From Diadema antillarum (Eukaryota): 64,000 nucleotides of DNA. Position numbers and translations under genes: made by a program. The stretch covers positions 186,001 through 250,000 of the forward strand of contig NW_027271910.1 of the NCBI RefSeq assembly GCF_040938485.1. Direction: 5' to 3'. The notes beneath the pieces were generated by a model. The model was not told the DNA's origin and made no database searches. It worked only from the letters and a program-made list of their open reading frames with translations. Shown here piece after piece: positions 63,866 to 64,000 of the stretch (the first letter of the stretch is position 1; the number at the start of each line of letters is the position of its first letter).

Positions 63866-64000
63866 GGAAATGTGTGCTTTCATTTAAAAAGTGAGATTTT
63901 TTTTTTTTTTTGGAATTCTTCATACATGATCTTTCACTTGTTGTCCAAACTATCACGAACTGTATAGTACAGAATCTTCTTACTGCTTTCTTTGTGTGTT

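Overview
Eukaryotic, AT-rich, intron- and transposon-rich genomic DNA with three N-gaps. The repeat landscape suggests a marine invertebrate, possibly an echinoderm (inference only). Two convergent spliced genes are supported. (1) Plus strand, 1345-25194: the 3' end of an unidentified signalling protein whose 5' part lies outside the window. It is a disordered tail with YxxP, YxxM and PPPLPRK motifs, possibly an EGFR/ErbB-type cytoplasmic tail. It is built from phase-1 exons plus microexons: a 6-nt candidate and a 13-nt + 32-nt pair that restores frame only together. (2) Minus strand, 59904-46692: a 9-coding-exon dolichol kinase (DOLK, about 529 aa) with an ambiguous exon-2 acceptor, two uORFs and a CpG-rich upstream region. 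The rest is non-autonomous DNA transposons (Helentron/HINE-like, piggyBac-, Kolobok-, Harbinger- and hAT-like MITEs), a tRNA-derived SINE-like head and microsatellites. The most unusual structures are a 3.1-kb TIR element carrying an 11-unit ~190-bp satellite with A/B higher-order variation, a nested IR/tRNA-box/HINE insertion, and a head-to-head MITE pair forming a ~360-nt hairpin. No prokaryotic systems, CRISPR arrays, rRNA or intact transposase/RT ORFs were seen. All gene models were assembled by hand from splice signals and reading frame; no searches were run.
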